Of a stretch of 15,113 nt of DNA, positions 6,369 through 15,113 are shown piece by piece (position 1 is the stretch's first letter; each line of letters starts with the position of its first letter). The notes under the pieces are model-generated. The model was given only the letters and a program-made list of their open reading frames with translations, made no database searches and was not told the origin of the DNA. The stretch is from positions 1-15,113 of the forward strand of contig JBQLZK010000107.1 of assembly GCA_052168235.1 (NCBI GenBank). Direction: 5' to 3'. The position numbers and the translations under genes were made by a program. The DNA is from Thainema sp. GTDB taxonomy: Bacteria > Cyanobacteriota > Cyanobacteriia > Phormidesmidales > Phormidesmidaceae.

Positions 6369-8753
6369 TTAAAGCGACTCGACCCGTTCTAGCACCGTGT
6401 GTTTCGGATCGATGATTTTCTGTCCCATGCCAGGAAACTTAATCGCCAAGCAAATTTTATTACCTGCACCAAAGATATGGGTGATTTGACCGGGGCCAAA
6501 GGCTTTATGCACTACCTTTTCGCCCACATTCCAATCCTGCTCATGGGTGCCGGGGGCGTCGGACGGTAAACGCTCTGAGCGTTTGCGGCGCTGTTTGGCG
6601 GCGGCAATCGGCGTAGAAATACGCTCTGGGATAGCAGTGGCAGTGTTCGTCACCAGCAGATCGCGAGGCAGTTCGCTCAGGAATAGGGATGGACTGGCGA
6701 TTTCCAGTGAACCGTACAGACGACGGGCACGGGCATGGGTAATAAACAGCCGATCCTGAGCGCGGGTAATGCCGACATAGCAAAGCCGTCGCTCTTCTTC
6801 GAGAGAAGCGGGATCTTCCATTGAGCGGAAGTTAGGGAATAAACCCTGTTCAAGGCCAACTAGGAACACGACAGGAAACTCTAGTCCCTTCGACGAATGT
6901 AGTGTCATGAGAGACACTGCCTTTTGGTCTTCGCCTAGATTATCCAAATCGGAGGCTAGCGATGCATTTTCCAGAAAGCCTGAAAGTGACCGATTTTCAA
7001 GATTTTCTTCTTCATATTGCAGGACAGCGTTGTATAACTCCTGCACATTTTGAAAACGGTCTTCCGCTTCGTCCGTTCCCTGGGCTTTTAAGTCCTGTAA
7101 ATAACCGGATTCTTCCAAAATTTCTTGCACGATTACCGAGGCTGGCTGCTCGTCAAGCTGCTGCTGGCACGTCTGGATCGTGCGGGCAAATTGAATGACG
7201 GACTTAGCTGAACGACCTGCTAAAGTTTGCACTGATGTCTCATCGCTGATGATTTCCCACAGCGGTACGCCGAGCTCGTTGGCCCCAGATTCCAGCTTTT
7301 CAATCGTGGACTTACCGATGCCGCGTCGGGGGGTATTAATGATGCGCTTCAGGCTGACGGTGTCGGATGGATTAGCAATTAGGCGCAGATAAGACAGGAC
7401 ATCTTTGATCTCTTTGCGATCGTAGAACCGCAGGCCACCGACCACCTGATACGGAATGCCGCGCCGACTGAGCACTTCCTCAAACGAGCGAGACTGAGCA
7501 TTCGTCCGATACAGAATGGCAAATTCGCCCCAGTCTAGCTCTGGGTGCTGCTGTTCCAGCGCAGTGATTTGGCCAACGACAAATTCAGCTTCCGAACGCT
7601 CATCGTCAGCGTGATAGCAAAAGACGGTTTCGCCCGTGCTGCGGGTCGGGCGCAGCACTTTATCGATCCGCTCGGTGTTGTTCTCAATCAGGTAGTTGGC
7701 GATCTGGAGAATATTCTCAGTGGAACGATAGTTTTCTTCCAGCTTCACCATTGTGCGCGTATCGTCGTCGTGTAAGCCGTCGCCAAAATCGCCCTGAAAG
7801 TCCATCAAAATCGTGAAATCAGCCGCCCGGAACGAGTAGATGGACTGGTCGGCATCCCCGACGACAAACACGGAGCGATGCCCCCAGTCTTTAAAGTTGG
7901 CGGCACTTTCACCATTGGTTGTCAGCAGTCGAATTAAGTCGTACTGGGTGCGGTTCGTATCCTGATATTCGTCCACCAAAATATGGCGGAAGCGCTGGTG
8001 CCAGTAGGCTAACACCTGCTCATTCTGCTTGAAAAGCTGGACAGGTACGCGAATCAGGTCGTCGAAATCTAGCGCGTTATTTTCCGCCAGTGATTTCTGA
8101 TAGGCCCGATAAACCTCTGCCAGCACCCGCCCGCGATAGTCGTTTCGCTGCTGCTCAAGTTCCTGCGGTGTCAGTCCCTGGTTTTTGGCGTTGCTAATCT
8201 CGTAGCGAACGGAGCGAGGATTAAATTTCTTATCGTCCAGATTGAGCTGACGCGTGACAATTTCCTTCACCAGACTCTGAGCATCCGACTCGTCAAAGAT
8301 GGAAAAGGTACGTGTCCAGCGATAGCCACTTTCATCCTGATACTTTTCAATATCGAAGCGCAGGATGCGCGAGCAGAGGGCGTGAAACGTGCCGATCCAT
8401 AAATGTTTGGTAACGGCTTTGTAAACTTGCGATCGCAACCGCGTTTGATCCACCATTGGCAAGGTCGATAAAGGCTGACCAAACTGCGACTTCGCTTCTT
8501 CTTCGGCAAAGAGCTGCTCAATCCGCTCTTTCATCTCCCGTGCAGCTTTATTGGTAAATGTCACCGCCAGGATGTTTTCGGGATCAATCCGGTGGTGCAG
8601 TACCAAGTTAGCGATTCGATAGGTCAATGCCCGTGTTTTACCTGAACCCGCTCCGGCCACCACCAGCAATGGCCCACAAAAATGTTCAACAGCTTGTCGC
8701 TGAGAGGGGTTGAGATGACCTAGAAAATCGGCGATTGAAGAGGTTGGAGACAT
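6369..8753 (-). CDS. pcrA: ATP-dependent DNA helicase PcrA/UvrD
   Basis: Walker A AGAGSGKT, TFTNKAA, DEYQD, VGDADQSIYSFR, NYRST, ILYRTNAQSR, TLHSSKGLEF, EERRLCYVGITRA and a C-terminal Tudor-like domain (VGEKVVHKAFGPG). Confidence 0.97.
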   Translation of the reverse strand: MSPTSSIADFLGHLNPSQRQAVEHFCGPLLVVAGAGSGKTRALTYRIANLVLHHRIDPENILAVTFTNKAAREMKERIEQLFAEEEAKSQFGQPLSTLPMVDQTRLRSQVYKAVTKHLWIGTFHALCSRILRFDIEKYQDESGYRWTRTFSIFDESDAQSLVKEIVTRQLNLDDKKFNPRSVRYEISNAKNQGLTPQELEQQRNDYRGRVLAEVYRAYQKSLAENNALDFDDLIRVPVQLFKQNEQVLAYWHQRFRHILVDEYQDTNRTQYDLIRLLTTNGESAANFKDWGHRSVFVVGDADQSIYSFRAADFTILMDFQGDFGDGLHDDDTRTMVKLEENYRSTENILQIANYLIENNTERIDKVLRPTRSTGETVFCYHADDERSEAEFVVGQITALEQQHPELDWGEFAILYRTNAQSRSFEEVLSRRGIPYQVVGGLRFYDRKEIKDVLSYLRLIANPSDTVSLKRIINTPRRGIGKSTIEKLESGANELGVPLWEIISDETSVQTLAGRSAKSVIQFARTIQTCQQQLDEQPASVIVQEILEESGYLQDLKAQGTDEAEDRFQNVQELYNAVLQYEEENLENRSLSGFLENASLASDLDNLGEDQKAVSLMTLHSSKGLEFPVVFLVGLEQGLFPNFRSMEDPASLEEERRLCYVGITRAQDRLFITHARARRLYGSLEIASPSLFLSELPRDLLVTNTATAIPERISTPIAAAKQRRKRSERLPSDAPGTHEQDWNVGEKVVHKAFGPGQITHIFGAGNKICLAIKFPGMGQKIIDPKHTVLERVESL

Positions 8754-8873
8754 AGAAATTGATTAAGATCTGCGATCGCAAAACACACGCATCGGGACAG
8801 TGAATCCGTCTAGGGTTCACCACCTTGTTTAGGGTATCGCAACTTTACTCGTTATTTAGTTTGAACTCACGAC

Positions 8874-8925
8874 AAAAAGCGATATCCCGTGAGTGCCAAT
8901 AGAAATAGACATTCACAGGATATCG
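8874..8925 (-). terminator. Probable intrinsic terminator of metK
   Basis: Inverted repeat CGATATCCCGTGAGTG (8880-8895) / CATTCACAGGATATCG (8910-8925), followed on the minus strand by CUUUUU. It lies about 70 nt after the metK stop. Confidence 0.6.
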
Positions 8926-8997
8926 ATCAAACGCAACTTAGTGGGTAGTAATAATCCGATAGTAATTTTGAGGATTACCACTCACTGGCTGAACAGC

Positions 8998-10257
8998 TTA
9001 GACAACGGAAGCAGAGAGAGTGCGGGTTGATTCGCGCAGGATTTCTGCTTTATCCGTTTTCTCCCAGGGTAGATCGAGGTCATTGCGGCCAAAGTGCCCG
9101 TAAGCTGCAACTTCCTGATAGAACCGGCCATCCCGATCTTTAGGTAGCCGCTGGAGGTCAAAGGCTTGAATAATACCAGCCGGACGTAGCTCAAAGTTGG
9201 CCTTAACCAGTTCCAGGATTTTCTCGTCATCCACCGTGCCTGTCCCGAAGGTTTCAACCATAATGCTAACGGGACGAGCCACACCGATAGCATAGCTGAG
9301 CTGTACTTCGCACTTTTGCGCTAAGCCAGCAGCAACGATGTTCTTAGCCACATAGCGGCAGGCGTAGGCCGCGCTACGGTCTACCTTTGTGGGATCCTTA
9401 CCAGAGAAGGCACCGCCACCGTGACGAGAATAGCCACCGTAGGTATCCACGATGATCTTACGTCCCGTTAGGCCAGAGTCGCCCTGAGGGCCACCAATCA
9501 CAAACTTACCCGTGGGATTGACCAAGAAACGGGTTTGATTATCAGGCTTCACGTCGATGTCGTGGAAGACAGGCATAACCACCTGTGCCCAAAGGTCTTC
9601 TTTGATCTTGGCTTGTACCGCTGCATCGGTGTTCAAGTCGCCAATCGTCGGCGTGTGTTGGGTAGAAACCAGGATTGTGTCAATGCCAACGGGCTTACCA
9701 TCCTCATAAGCTACCGTCACCTGCGTCTTGCCGTCAGGCCGCAAATAAGGGAGCTGACCAGTCTTACGGGCAATAGAGAGTTGGCGAGAGATCCGGTGCG
9801 CCAGGCTAATCGGCAGCGGCATTAGTTCTGGGGTTTCGTCGCAGGCAAAACCGAACATCAGCCCTTGGTCACCTGCCCCAATCTGGTCAAGCTCTTCATC
9901 GCTCGACATTTCGCGGTGTTCATGGGCTTTATCCACACCCTGAGCAATATCTTTTGATTGCTCATCCAGCGCCACCATGACCGCACAGCTATCAGCAGAG
10001 AAGCCGTTACCAGCGTCGGTGTAGCCAATCTCAGCAATTTTTTGTCGGGCAACGTCCACATAATTCACCTGTGCTGTGGACGAAATTTCGCCAGTGATCA
10101 GCACTAGTCCTGTGTTGACGACCACCTCAGCCGCAACGCGGCTTTCTGAATCCTGAGTGAGCAAAGCATCTAAAATTGCATCTGAAATTTGGTCACAGAC
10201 TTTATCTGGATGACCTTCTGTGACAGATTCCGAAGTGAAGAGATAACGACGAGACAA
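8998..10257 (-). CDS. metK: S-adenosylmethionine synthetase
   Basis: [41 protein letters not shown] and YGHFGR. TTG start at 10257 lies 7 nt after GAGGA. Confidence 0.98.
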   Translation of the reverse strand: MSRRYLFTSESVTEGHPDKVCDQISDAILDALLTQDSESRVAAEVVVNTGLVLITGEISSTAQVNYVDVARQKIAEIGYTDAGNGFSADSCAVMVALDEQSKDIAQGVDKAHEHREMSSDEELDQIGAGDQGLMFGFACDETPELMPLPISLAHRISRQLSIARKTGQLPYLRPDGKTQVTVAYEDGKPVGIDTILVSTQHTPTIGDLNTDAAVQAKIKEDLWAQVVMPVFHDIDVKPDNQTRFLVNPTGKFVIGGPQGDSGLTGRKIIVDTYGGYSRHGGGAFSGKDPTKVDRSAAYACRYVAKNIVAAGLAQKCEVQLSYAIGVARPVSIMVETFGTGTVDDEKILELVKANFELRPAGIIQAFDLQRLPKDRDGRFYQEVAAYGHFGRNDLDLPWEKTDKAEILRESTRTLSASVV

Positions 10258-10462
10258 TGACAAATCCTCTCTCTAAATTCAATAAAACAATTAATCAATC
10301 AGACGATGTGGTGAGGTGTAATGAGCCTGTTAACGACACATTGGCTACTTTCGTTCCTCTACCATATTTGAATTCCCATCCATTCATTATTTCAGATGAA
10401 TGTCAGATCAATGCCAAAGCAGACAACTCAGGATACTTAATCGCATAAAAACTAACCTCAAT

Positions 10463-10492
10463 CAGGTATAGATTATCCAGGTATAGATTATC
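10463..10492. repeat. Perfect 15-bp tandem duplication upstream of metK
   Basis: CAGGTATAGATTATC occurs twice (10463-10477 and 10478-10492). Confidence 0.85.
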
Positions 10493-10537
10493 GAAGGATA
10501 TTACTGAATGAACCACTTTTGCAAGATTCTGAATCAC

Positions 10538-11275
10538 CTAAGCCTCAACCGTCAAATCTTGTAAACCGTGAATTTGAGCATCTGCCTGTGCAGCCAGAAT
10601 CGTACTTCCGTCCCAGTTTAATGCCACAAATCCCGCCGCACCAGCCGCCCTAGACATCTTTAAGTCCATCAACGAGTCACCTACACTGAGGGTTTTGGCT
10701 GGTGACGTGCCTAATTTTTCACACGCTCGGTAGAACAGATCTGGATCAGGTTTAGCTGGGGTTTGTTCGGTGCCCATACAGAGATCAATGAGGGGGTACA
10801 GCTGGTGAGTTTGGGCAAATTCTTCCACATTGGCAGTTGTATCGGATGACAAAATGCCAATTTTTAAACCCGCATTGTCCAGAATTTGCAATGCATCCCG
10901 TAGCGCTGGAAAAGGCAATGTATGAGCTGCTTTAGGTTTTAATGATTGATCGGCTTCCTGAAACGCAGATTTGGCAATTTCCAAAGCTTCTGGCCAGTCT
11001 CGTCCATTTTCGGCAAGATATGTTGCCGCCGCGATTTCATTTTCGTAGCGAGTCCCAACGGCGAGTAGACCATTGGGAGAAATGCGATCGCGCTCTAGGC
11101 CAAAGGCCATCAGCAACGGTTCTTGTACGCCGGGAACTTGTGCATCTAGCAAGCGCGATCGGCGCTGCCCAAGCTGGCGCAAGAAGTCCATTGAGTCCGC
11201 TAGCGTCCCATCCTTATCGAAAATAACCGCCTGAATATCATGGAATATTACATCTCCACAGCGTAGCGTAACCAA
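10538..11275 (-). CDS. HAD-family hydrolase (phosphoglycolate phosphatase-like)
   Basis: HAD motifs IFDKDGTL, GILSSD, KPDP and VGDSLMD. TTG 11275 lies 8 nt after GGAGG and is preferred over the track start GTG 11290. Confidence 0.9.
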   Translation of the reverse strand: MVTLRCGDVIFHDIQAVIFDKDGTLADSMDFLRQLGQRRSRLLDAQVPGVQEPLLMAFGLERDRISPNGLLAVGTRYENEIAAATYLAENGRDWPEALEIAKSAFQEADQSLKPKAAHTLPFPALRDALQILDNAGLKIGILSSDTTANVEEFAQTHQLYPLIDLCMGTEQTPAKPDPDLFYRACEKLGTSPAKTLSVGDSLMDLKMSRAAGAAGFVALNWDGSTILAAQADAQIHGLQDLTVEA

Positions 11276-11294
11276 GACAATGTCCTCCACTTAC

Positions 11295-11324
11295 AAAAAA
11301 AGAGGAGATAGATTCTCCTCTTTT
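11295..11324 (-). terminator. Intrinsic terminator of rpsA
   Basis: AAAAGAGGAGA-TAGAT-TCTCCTCTTTT hairpin with a U7 tract on the minus strand, about 33 nt after the rpsA stop. Confidence 0.75.
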
Positions 11325-11357
11325 CATCAAAGTTTGCTTGATTGATCGATTGGCCGT

Positions 11358-12329
11358 CTATTCGGCAGAGTCACTAGGAGCGCTGCCATTCAGCTCATCT
11401 GAAGCAACAGATCCGTTGTTCTCCTGCGCTTTCTGAGCCATCTGCTGACGATACTTCTCAGCCATTTCTTCGGCTTTGTCATAAACCAGGTCTGGGTTCT
11501 TGACCATATCACCTGGTTCCGGCTCTAGCTGCTTGGTGGAGAGCGAAATCCGACCGCGCTCAGCATCCAAGTCAATGATCATGACTTTAATCTCATCATT
11601 GACGTTAAAGACGCTGTGAGGCGTATCGATGTGGTCGTGCGAGATCTCGGAGATGTGCAGCAGACCGCTGACACCACCGATATCGATAAACGCACCGTAG
11701 GGCTTGAGGCCACGAACGGTACCCAGCACGACTTCGCCCACTTCCAGGCGGTTCATCTTCCGCTCAACCAGTGCCCGACGGTGGCTGAGAACGAGACGAT
11801 TGCGGTCTTCGTCAACTTCTAAGAACTTTAGCGGCAATTCTTCACCGACCAAGTCTTCCTTCGGCTTACGGGTGCTGATGTGAGAGCCAGGGATAAATCC
11901 GCGCAGACCCTCAATGCGAACGAGCGCACCACCACGGTTGGTTGCGAATACACTAGAGCGAACAGTGGCATCTTCTGCCTGGAGCTGGCGTACCCGCTCC
12001 CATGCCCGCATGTATTCAATGCGGCGAATAGATAGGGTTAACTGACCATCTTCATTCTCATCGGTGAGGATGAAGAACTCACGGGTTTCGTTAGACTGCA
12101 GCACCTCATCCGGATCATCGACCCGGTTGATCGACATCTCCTGAATGGGGATGTAAGCAGCGGTTTTTGCGCCAATGTCAATCAGAGCGCCTCGTGGCTC
12201 TAGGCTAAACACCGTTCCCGGAACGATATCTCCAGGACTGAAGTGGTAATCGTACTGATCGAGAAGAGCGGCGAAATCTTCGTGAGTAAAGCCAATTTCT
12301 GGCGCAACTTGTAATTCCTGATTGACCAT
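11358..12329 (-). CDS. rpsA: 30S ribosomal protein S1 (short cyanobacterial type, three S1 repeats)
   Basis: GFTHEDFAALLDQYDYHFSPGD, IDIGAKTAAYIP, RGFIPGSHIS, YGAFIDIGGVSGLLHISEISH and RISLSTKQLE; 323 aa. Confidence 0.97.
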   Translation of the reverse strand: MVNQELQVAPEIGFTHEDFAALLDQYDYHFSPGDIVPGTVFSLEPRGALIDIGAKTAAYIPIQEMSINRVDDPDEVLQSNETREFFILTDENEDGQLTLSIRRIEYMRAWERVRQLQAEDATVRSSVFATNRGGALVRIEGLRGFIPGSHISTRKPKEDLVGEELPLKFLEVDEDRNRLVLSHRRALVERKMNRLEVGEVVLGTVRGLKPYGAFIDIGGVSGLLHISEISHDHIDTPHSVFNVNDEIKVMIIDLDAERGRISLSTKQLEPEPGDMVKNPDLVYDKAEEMAEKYRQQMAQKAQENNGSVASDELNGSAPSDSAE

Positions 12330-12480
12330 GCTGTCTGTTTCCTAGTCCTTATCTCCGTAGTTAATGTTCTCCTATCGATGCATTGGCATACAGGGCATGC
12401 GCTCTACACCTATCCTTGATAAAAGCCTTTGGATTAAAATCCCTGACCGGATAAATCAAATTTTGAGTGTAGGAGAGTAG
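12330..12480 (-). promoter_or_regulatory. Candidate structured 5' leader of rpsA (possibly the Cyano-S1/cyano-30S RNA motif)
   Basis: The minus-strand RNA can form nested pairings CUACAC/GUGUAG, UAUCC/GGAUA and GGAUU/AAUCC. The position matches that described for the Cyano-S1 motif. Not checked against a covariance model. Confidence 0.4.
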
Positions 12481-12625
12481 GGTTTAAAAATTGTCCCCAG
12501 ACGACCTATATTACCTCATTTAATAGAGAAGTGATCCATCTGGCTTAAGGTTTATTTTGCGATCTTTATGATAATTGGTTTGCGCAAAGATAACCACTGC
12601 ACTAGAGGGTTATACCAAGTGGGGC

Positions 12626-12656
12626 AAAAAACAGCCTGTTGAGGGTGACTAGGCTG
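12626..12656 (-). terminator. Possible intrinsic terminator of the alcohol dehydrogenase gene
   Basis: Minus strand reads CAGCCU-N13-AGGCUG-UUUUUU, about 110 nt after the stop codon. Confidence 0.4.
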
Positions 12657-12769
12657 GTGTTTAAAAACCGATTGGCAGCAGGTGCAGGCTGGGTAACGTC
12701 ACACCTCGACTTGATCGCTCTCTACAGCCTCACACCCCTTTCCTGTTCCAATGTCTAATGCTCTAACGT

Positions 12770-13771
12770 CTAATGCTTCAACACCAAGCGATAGGGCGGT
12801 TTTTCGGTTTCCAGTTTATGCAGCGCGTCGTTTACCTGATCAAAGCTAAACAGTTCAATCACGGGAGCAATATTATGACGAGCAGCAAAGCCTAGCATTT
12901 GAGTAATCGTAGCTGGACTGCCTAATGGGCTGGCTGTAATTGACTTCTGCCCATCAATGAGTGGAAAGACGTGGGTGGCAACTGGATTTGGGGCAACACC
13001 CACAAAATGGAGACGACCTTTGGGCCGCAAAGCTTGAATGTAGGTGTTCCAGTCTAAATCGGCATTAGCAGTGCAGATGATCACGTCCATCGTGCCTGCG
13101 ATCGCAGCCATTGCCGCTTGATCCTTTGAGCTGACGAACTGATCAGCTCCCAGCTTTTTGGCTTCCTCTGCTTTATCTGGGCTGGAGGAAAAGGCAATCA
13201 CTTCACAGCCCCAAGCGTTTAAAAACTGGAGCGCCATATGGCCGAGTCCGCCAATACCAATTACACCGACTCGATCCGTGGGTTTGATGTCCAGTTGGAC
13301 AATCGGATTGAAGACTGTGATGCCGCCGCAGAATAAGGGGCCGCCTGTTTCCGGCGGAATTTTGTTGGGGATTGGAATTACCCAGGCTTCATGAGCCCGA
13401 ACGCGATCGGCAAAGCCACCATATCGGCCTACGATCGTACCGACTGCATTGCGACAGAGATTGTGATTGCCTGACATGCACCACTCGCAAACCATACAGG
13501 ATTGGGCGTACCAACCGAGTCCCACGTGCTGTCCGGGCTGCAGTCGTTTCACCTGGCTACCGACTTGCGAAACTGTACCAATTACCTCATGTCCAGGCAC
13601 AAATGGGTACTGAGTGATGCCCCATTCGTTGTTCAACATGCTGAGATCGCTATGGCAAATCCCGCAGTATTCCACTTGGATCTCAACGTCTTCAGCCCCT
13701 AATTCCCCTGGATCATATTCAAACAGTTCGAGTTTACCGCCCGCTTCCTGAGCCGCGTATGCCTTAATCAT
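12770..13771 (-). CDS. Zn-dependent NAD(P)H alcohol dehydrogenase/aldehyde reductase (Ahr/YjgB- or cyanobacterial AdhA-like)
   Basis: CGICHSD, PGHEVIG, structural Zn motif CxxCxxCx7C (CMVCEWCMSGNHNLC), CGGITVF and GIGGLG. Start ATG 13771 (MIKAYAA) follows GGAG; the track start at 13873 is probably too long. Confidence 0.93.
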   Translation of the reverse strand: MIKAYAAQEAGGKLELFEYDPGELGAEDVEIQVEYCGICHSDLSMLNNEWGITQYPFVPGHEVIGTVSQVGSQVKRLQPGQHVGLGWYAQSCMVCEWCMSGNHNLCRNAVGTIVGRYGGFADRVRAHEAWVIPIPNKIPPETGGPLFCGGITVFNPIVQLDIKPTDRVGVIGIGGLGHMALQFLNAWGCEVIAFSSSPDKAEEAKKLGADQFVSSKDQAAMAAIAGTMDVIICTANADLDWNTYIQALRPKGRLHFVGVAPNPVATHVFPLIDGQKSITASPLGSPATITQMLGFAARHNIAPVIELFSFDQVNDALHKLETEKPPYRLVLKH

Positions 13772-13952
13772 GATTGCTCCTGCTGCTGGTTTTGAGGGTT
13801 GATTTGGAGTAGCTTGCCTCGTATTGTAGGCAAAAATTATTGGTGCCGCACAAAGTGCCGTCGAGCTTTTCACACACTAGATTTCAAGCGTTGCATCTTT
13901 GGCATAACCGCTTCGATAAGATAGCGTTGGTCAGATCGACGGAGATTTTGCA

Positions 13953-14972
13953 ATGCCTCAGCTTCGAATCGTTTTCTTTGGGACACCCATTTATGCCGTA
14001 CCTAGTTTAGAGCGACTAATTGAGCATCCCGATATCGATGTGGTGGCTGTGGTGACACAGCCGGATAAGCGACGCAGTCGAGGCAATCAGCTCAATCCCT
14101 CACCTGTGAAAACTGCTGCAGTGGAACACGATCTTCCTGTTTGGCAGCCGAAACGAGTCAAGCGTGATGCCGAAACGCTGGAGCTATTGCGTACCAGTAA
14201 CGCCGATGCCTTTGTTGTAATTGCCTACGGGCAGATTTTGTCCCAGGAAATTCTCGATATGCCGCGCTTAGGCAGCATTAATGCTCACGGCTCCCTGCTG
14301 CCCGCTTACCGAGGGGCTGCGCCGATTCAGTGGTGCCTGCATGGTGGAGTGCCGGAAACGGGCGTGACAACAATGCTGATGGATGCCGGGATGGACACGG
14401 GCGACATGCTGCTGAAAGGCACTACCCCAGTACATCTGCTGGATAACGCGCTGGATTTGGCTAAGCGGCTGTCGGTGCTCAGCGCAGATTTGCTGGTGGA
14501 TACGCTGTTCAAGCTAGATGAGGGGACGATTCAGCCAGAACCCCAGCAGGATGAGGCCGCGACATATGCTCGCCTGATTCAGAAAGAAGATTATCAACTG
14601 GACTGGCAAAAGAGTGCGATCGCACTTCACAACCAAATTCGCGGCTTCTTTCCCAACTGCTTCACGACATATCGGGGCAAAGCTCTGAAGGTCACGGCGA
14701 CTGTGCCTCTGGATGGAACACCGCTACCGGATGAGCTAGAAAATGAGCTGAAATCTGCGATCGCAGATTGGCAAACTATCCAGGCCCAGCAGGAGCAAAC
14801 GCCACCTGTGGGGACAATTGCCGCTGTTTTAAAGAACGAAGGGCCAGTGGTACAAACGGCAAACGGGGGACTGCTGTTGCGTCAGGTGCAGTTGGCTGGT
14901 AAGCGATCGCAGTCGGGTTGGGATTTTGCCAATGGGATGCGGTTGGAGGTGGGGGAGAGGTTGGGGGAGTAG
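13953..14972 (+). CDS. fmt: Methionyl-tRNA formyltransferase
   Basis: [46 protein letters not shown] and C-terminal VQLAGKR; GGAG precedes the ATG. Confidence 0.97.
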   Translation: MPQLRIVFFGTPIYAVPSLERLIEHPDIDVVAVVTQPDKRRSRGNQLNPSPVKTAAVEHDLPVWQPKRVKRDAETLELLRTSNADAFVVIAYGQILSQEILDMPRLGSINAHGSLLPAYRGAAPIQWCLHGGVPETGVTTMLMDAGMDTGDMLLKGTTPVHLLDNALDLAKRLSVLSADLLVDTLFKLDEGTIQPEPQQDEAATYARLIQKEDYQLDWQKSAIALHNQIRGFFPNCFTTYRGKALKVTATVPLDGTPLPDELENELKSAIADWQTIQAQQEQTPPVGTIAAVLKNEGPVVQTANGGLLLRQVQLAGKRSQSGWDFANGMRLEVGERLGE

Positions 14973-15050
14973 GGAGGTGAGGGACTGGGAGGATGGAAGA
15001 GTAGGAGGGTGGGAGAGTAAGGGAAAAGGAGCGAGGGGAGTGGGCAAGAG
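14951..15050 (+). repeat. Purine/G-rich degenerate short tandem repeat tract at the fmt 3' end
   Basis: Imperfect 7-8-nt units such as GGGGAGTA, GGGAGGT, GGGAGGAT, GGAAGAGT and GGGAGAGT, with very few pyrimidines. Resembles cyanobacterial STRR-type intergenic repeats. Confidence 0.6.
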
Positions 15051-15058
15051 TAAAAAAA

Positions 15059-15113
15059 TGGTAATTGCTCAACTGGGTTGACCGAAACACAGCTTTGACA
15101 GAAGATGATAAGC
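15059..15113. mobile_element. End of a repeated element (probable IS or MITE terminus, IS1-like), right copy
   Basis: 15059-15112 is the exact reverse complement of 1-54. It begins (T)GGTAATTGCTCAACT immediately after an A-rich run. Confidence 0.6.

Larger units (their letters stand above)
892..14910. repeat. Dispersed HIP1 octamers (GCGATCGC)
   Basis: Copies found by eye start at 892, 1982, 2452, 2863, 3556, 3668, 4341, 5057, 6062, 8429, 8772, 11084, 13098, 14616, 14757 and 14903. That is about one per kb, a hallmark of many cyanobacterial genomes. Confidence 0.92.

Noticed and set aside
10258..10537. SAM riboswitch upstream of metK, and the 63-aa ORF at 10257-10448
   Set aside because: No SAM-I/II consensus elements were recognisable by eye (an Infernal search would be definitive). 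The ORF is antisense to the leader, abuts the metK start and has no recognisable features.
13843..13860. GTGCCG direct repeat upstream of the dehydrogenase as an Rre1/OmpR-type site
   Set aside because: Only 6 bp with a 12-bp period rather than the usual 11, which is too weak without comparative data.
6541..14512. Remaining short ORFs inside pcrA, metK, the HAD gene, rpsA, adh and fmt
   Set aside because: They are nested in or antisense to strongly conserved genes and are best explained as shadow ORFs.
14776..15090. Pro/Ser-rich minus-strand ORFs (14776-15090, 14829-15047) as a transposase fragment
   Set aside because: The composition is simply the antisense of the G-rich tract and fmt, with no transposase motifs.
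1..15113. A single 15-kb transposon, linear plasmid or phage with terminal inverted repeats
   Set aside because: There is no transposase, terminal-protein polymerase or phage gene. The cargo is core chromosomal genes, and the IS-like terminus faces inward.

Overview
Cyanobacterial chromosomal DNA. At least 16 HIP1 octamers (GCGATCGC), a short cyanobacterial-type S1 and a PEP-CTERM protein support this; the genus cannot be fixed from the sequence alone. Most of the window is housekeeping: rluD-like, rsmG, a LysM/M23 peptidase, pcrA, metK, a HAD phosphatase, rpsA, a Zn-dependent alcohol dehydrogenase and fmt. The unusual parts are: (1) both ends carry the same 54-bp sequence in inverted orientation, with an IS1-like GGTAAT terminus facing inward, probably two copies of one mobile element at which the contig broke; (2) a tandem pair of divergent RlaP/YcgL-like Pol-beta nucleotidyltransferases, the first with an extra N-terminal domain, behind a promoter with a candidate operator and closely followed by an rRNA pseudouridine synthase gene; (3) a three-layer nested repeat between rluD and rsmG; (4) two long, nearly loopless palindromes bracketing the PEP-CTERM gene; (5) a structured rpsA leader. 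No rRNA, tRNA, CRISPR array or transposase ORF was seen.
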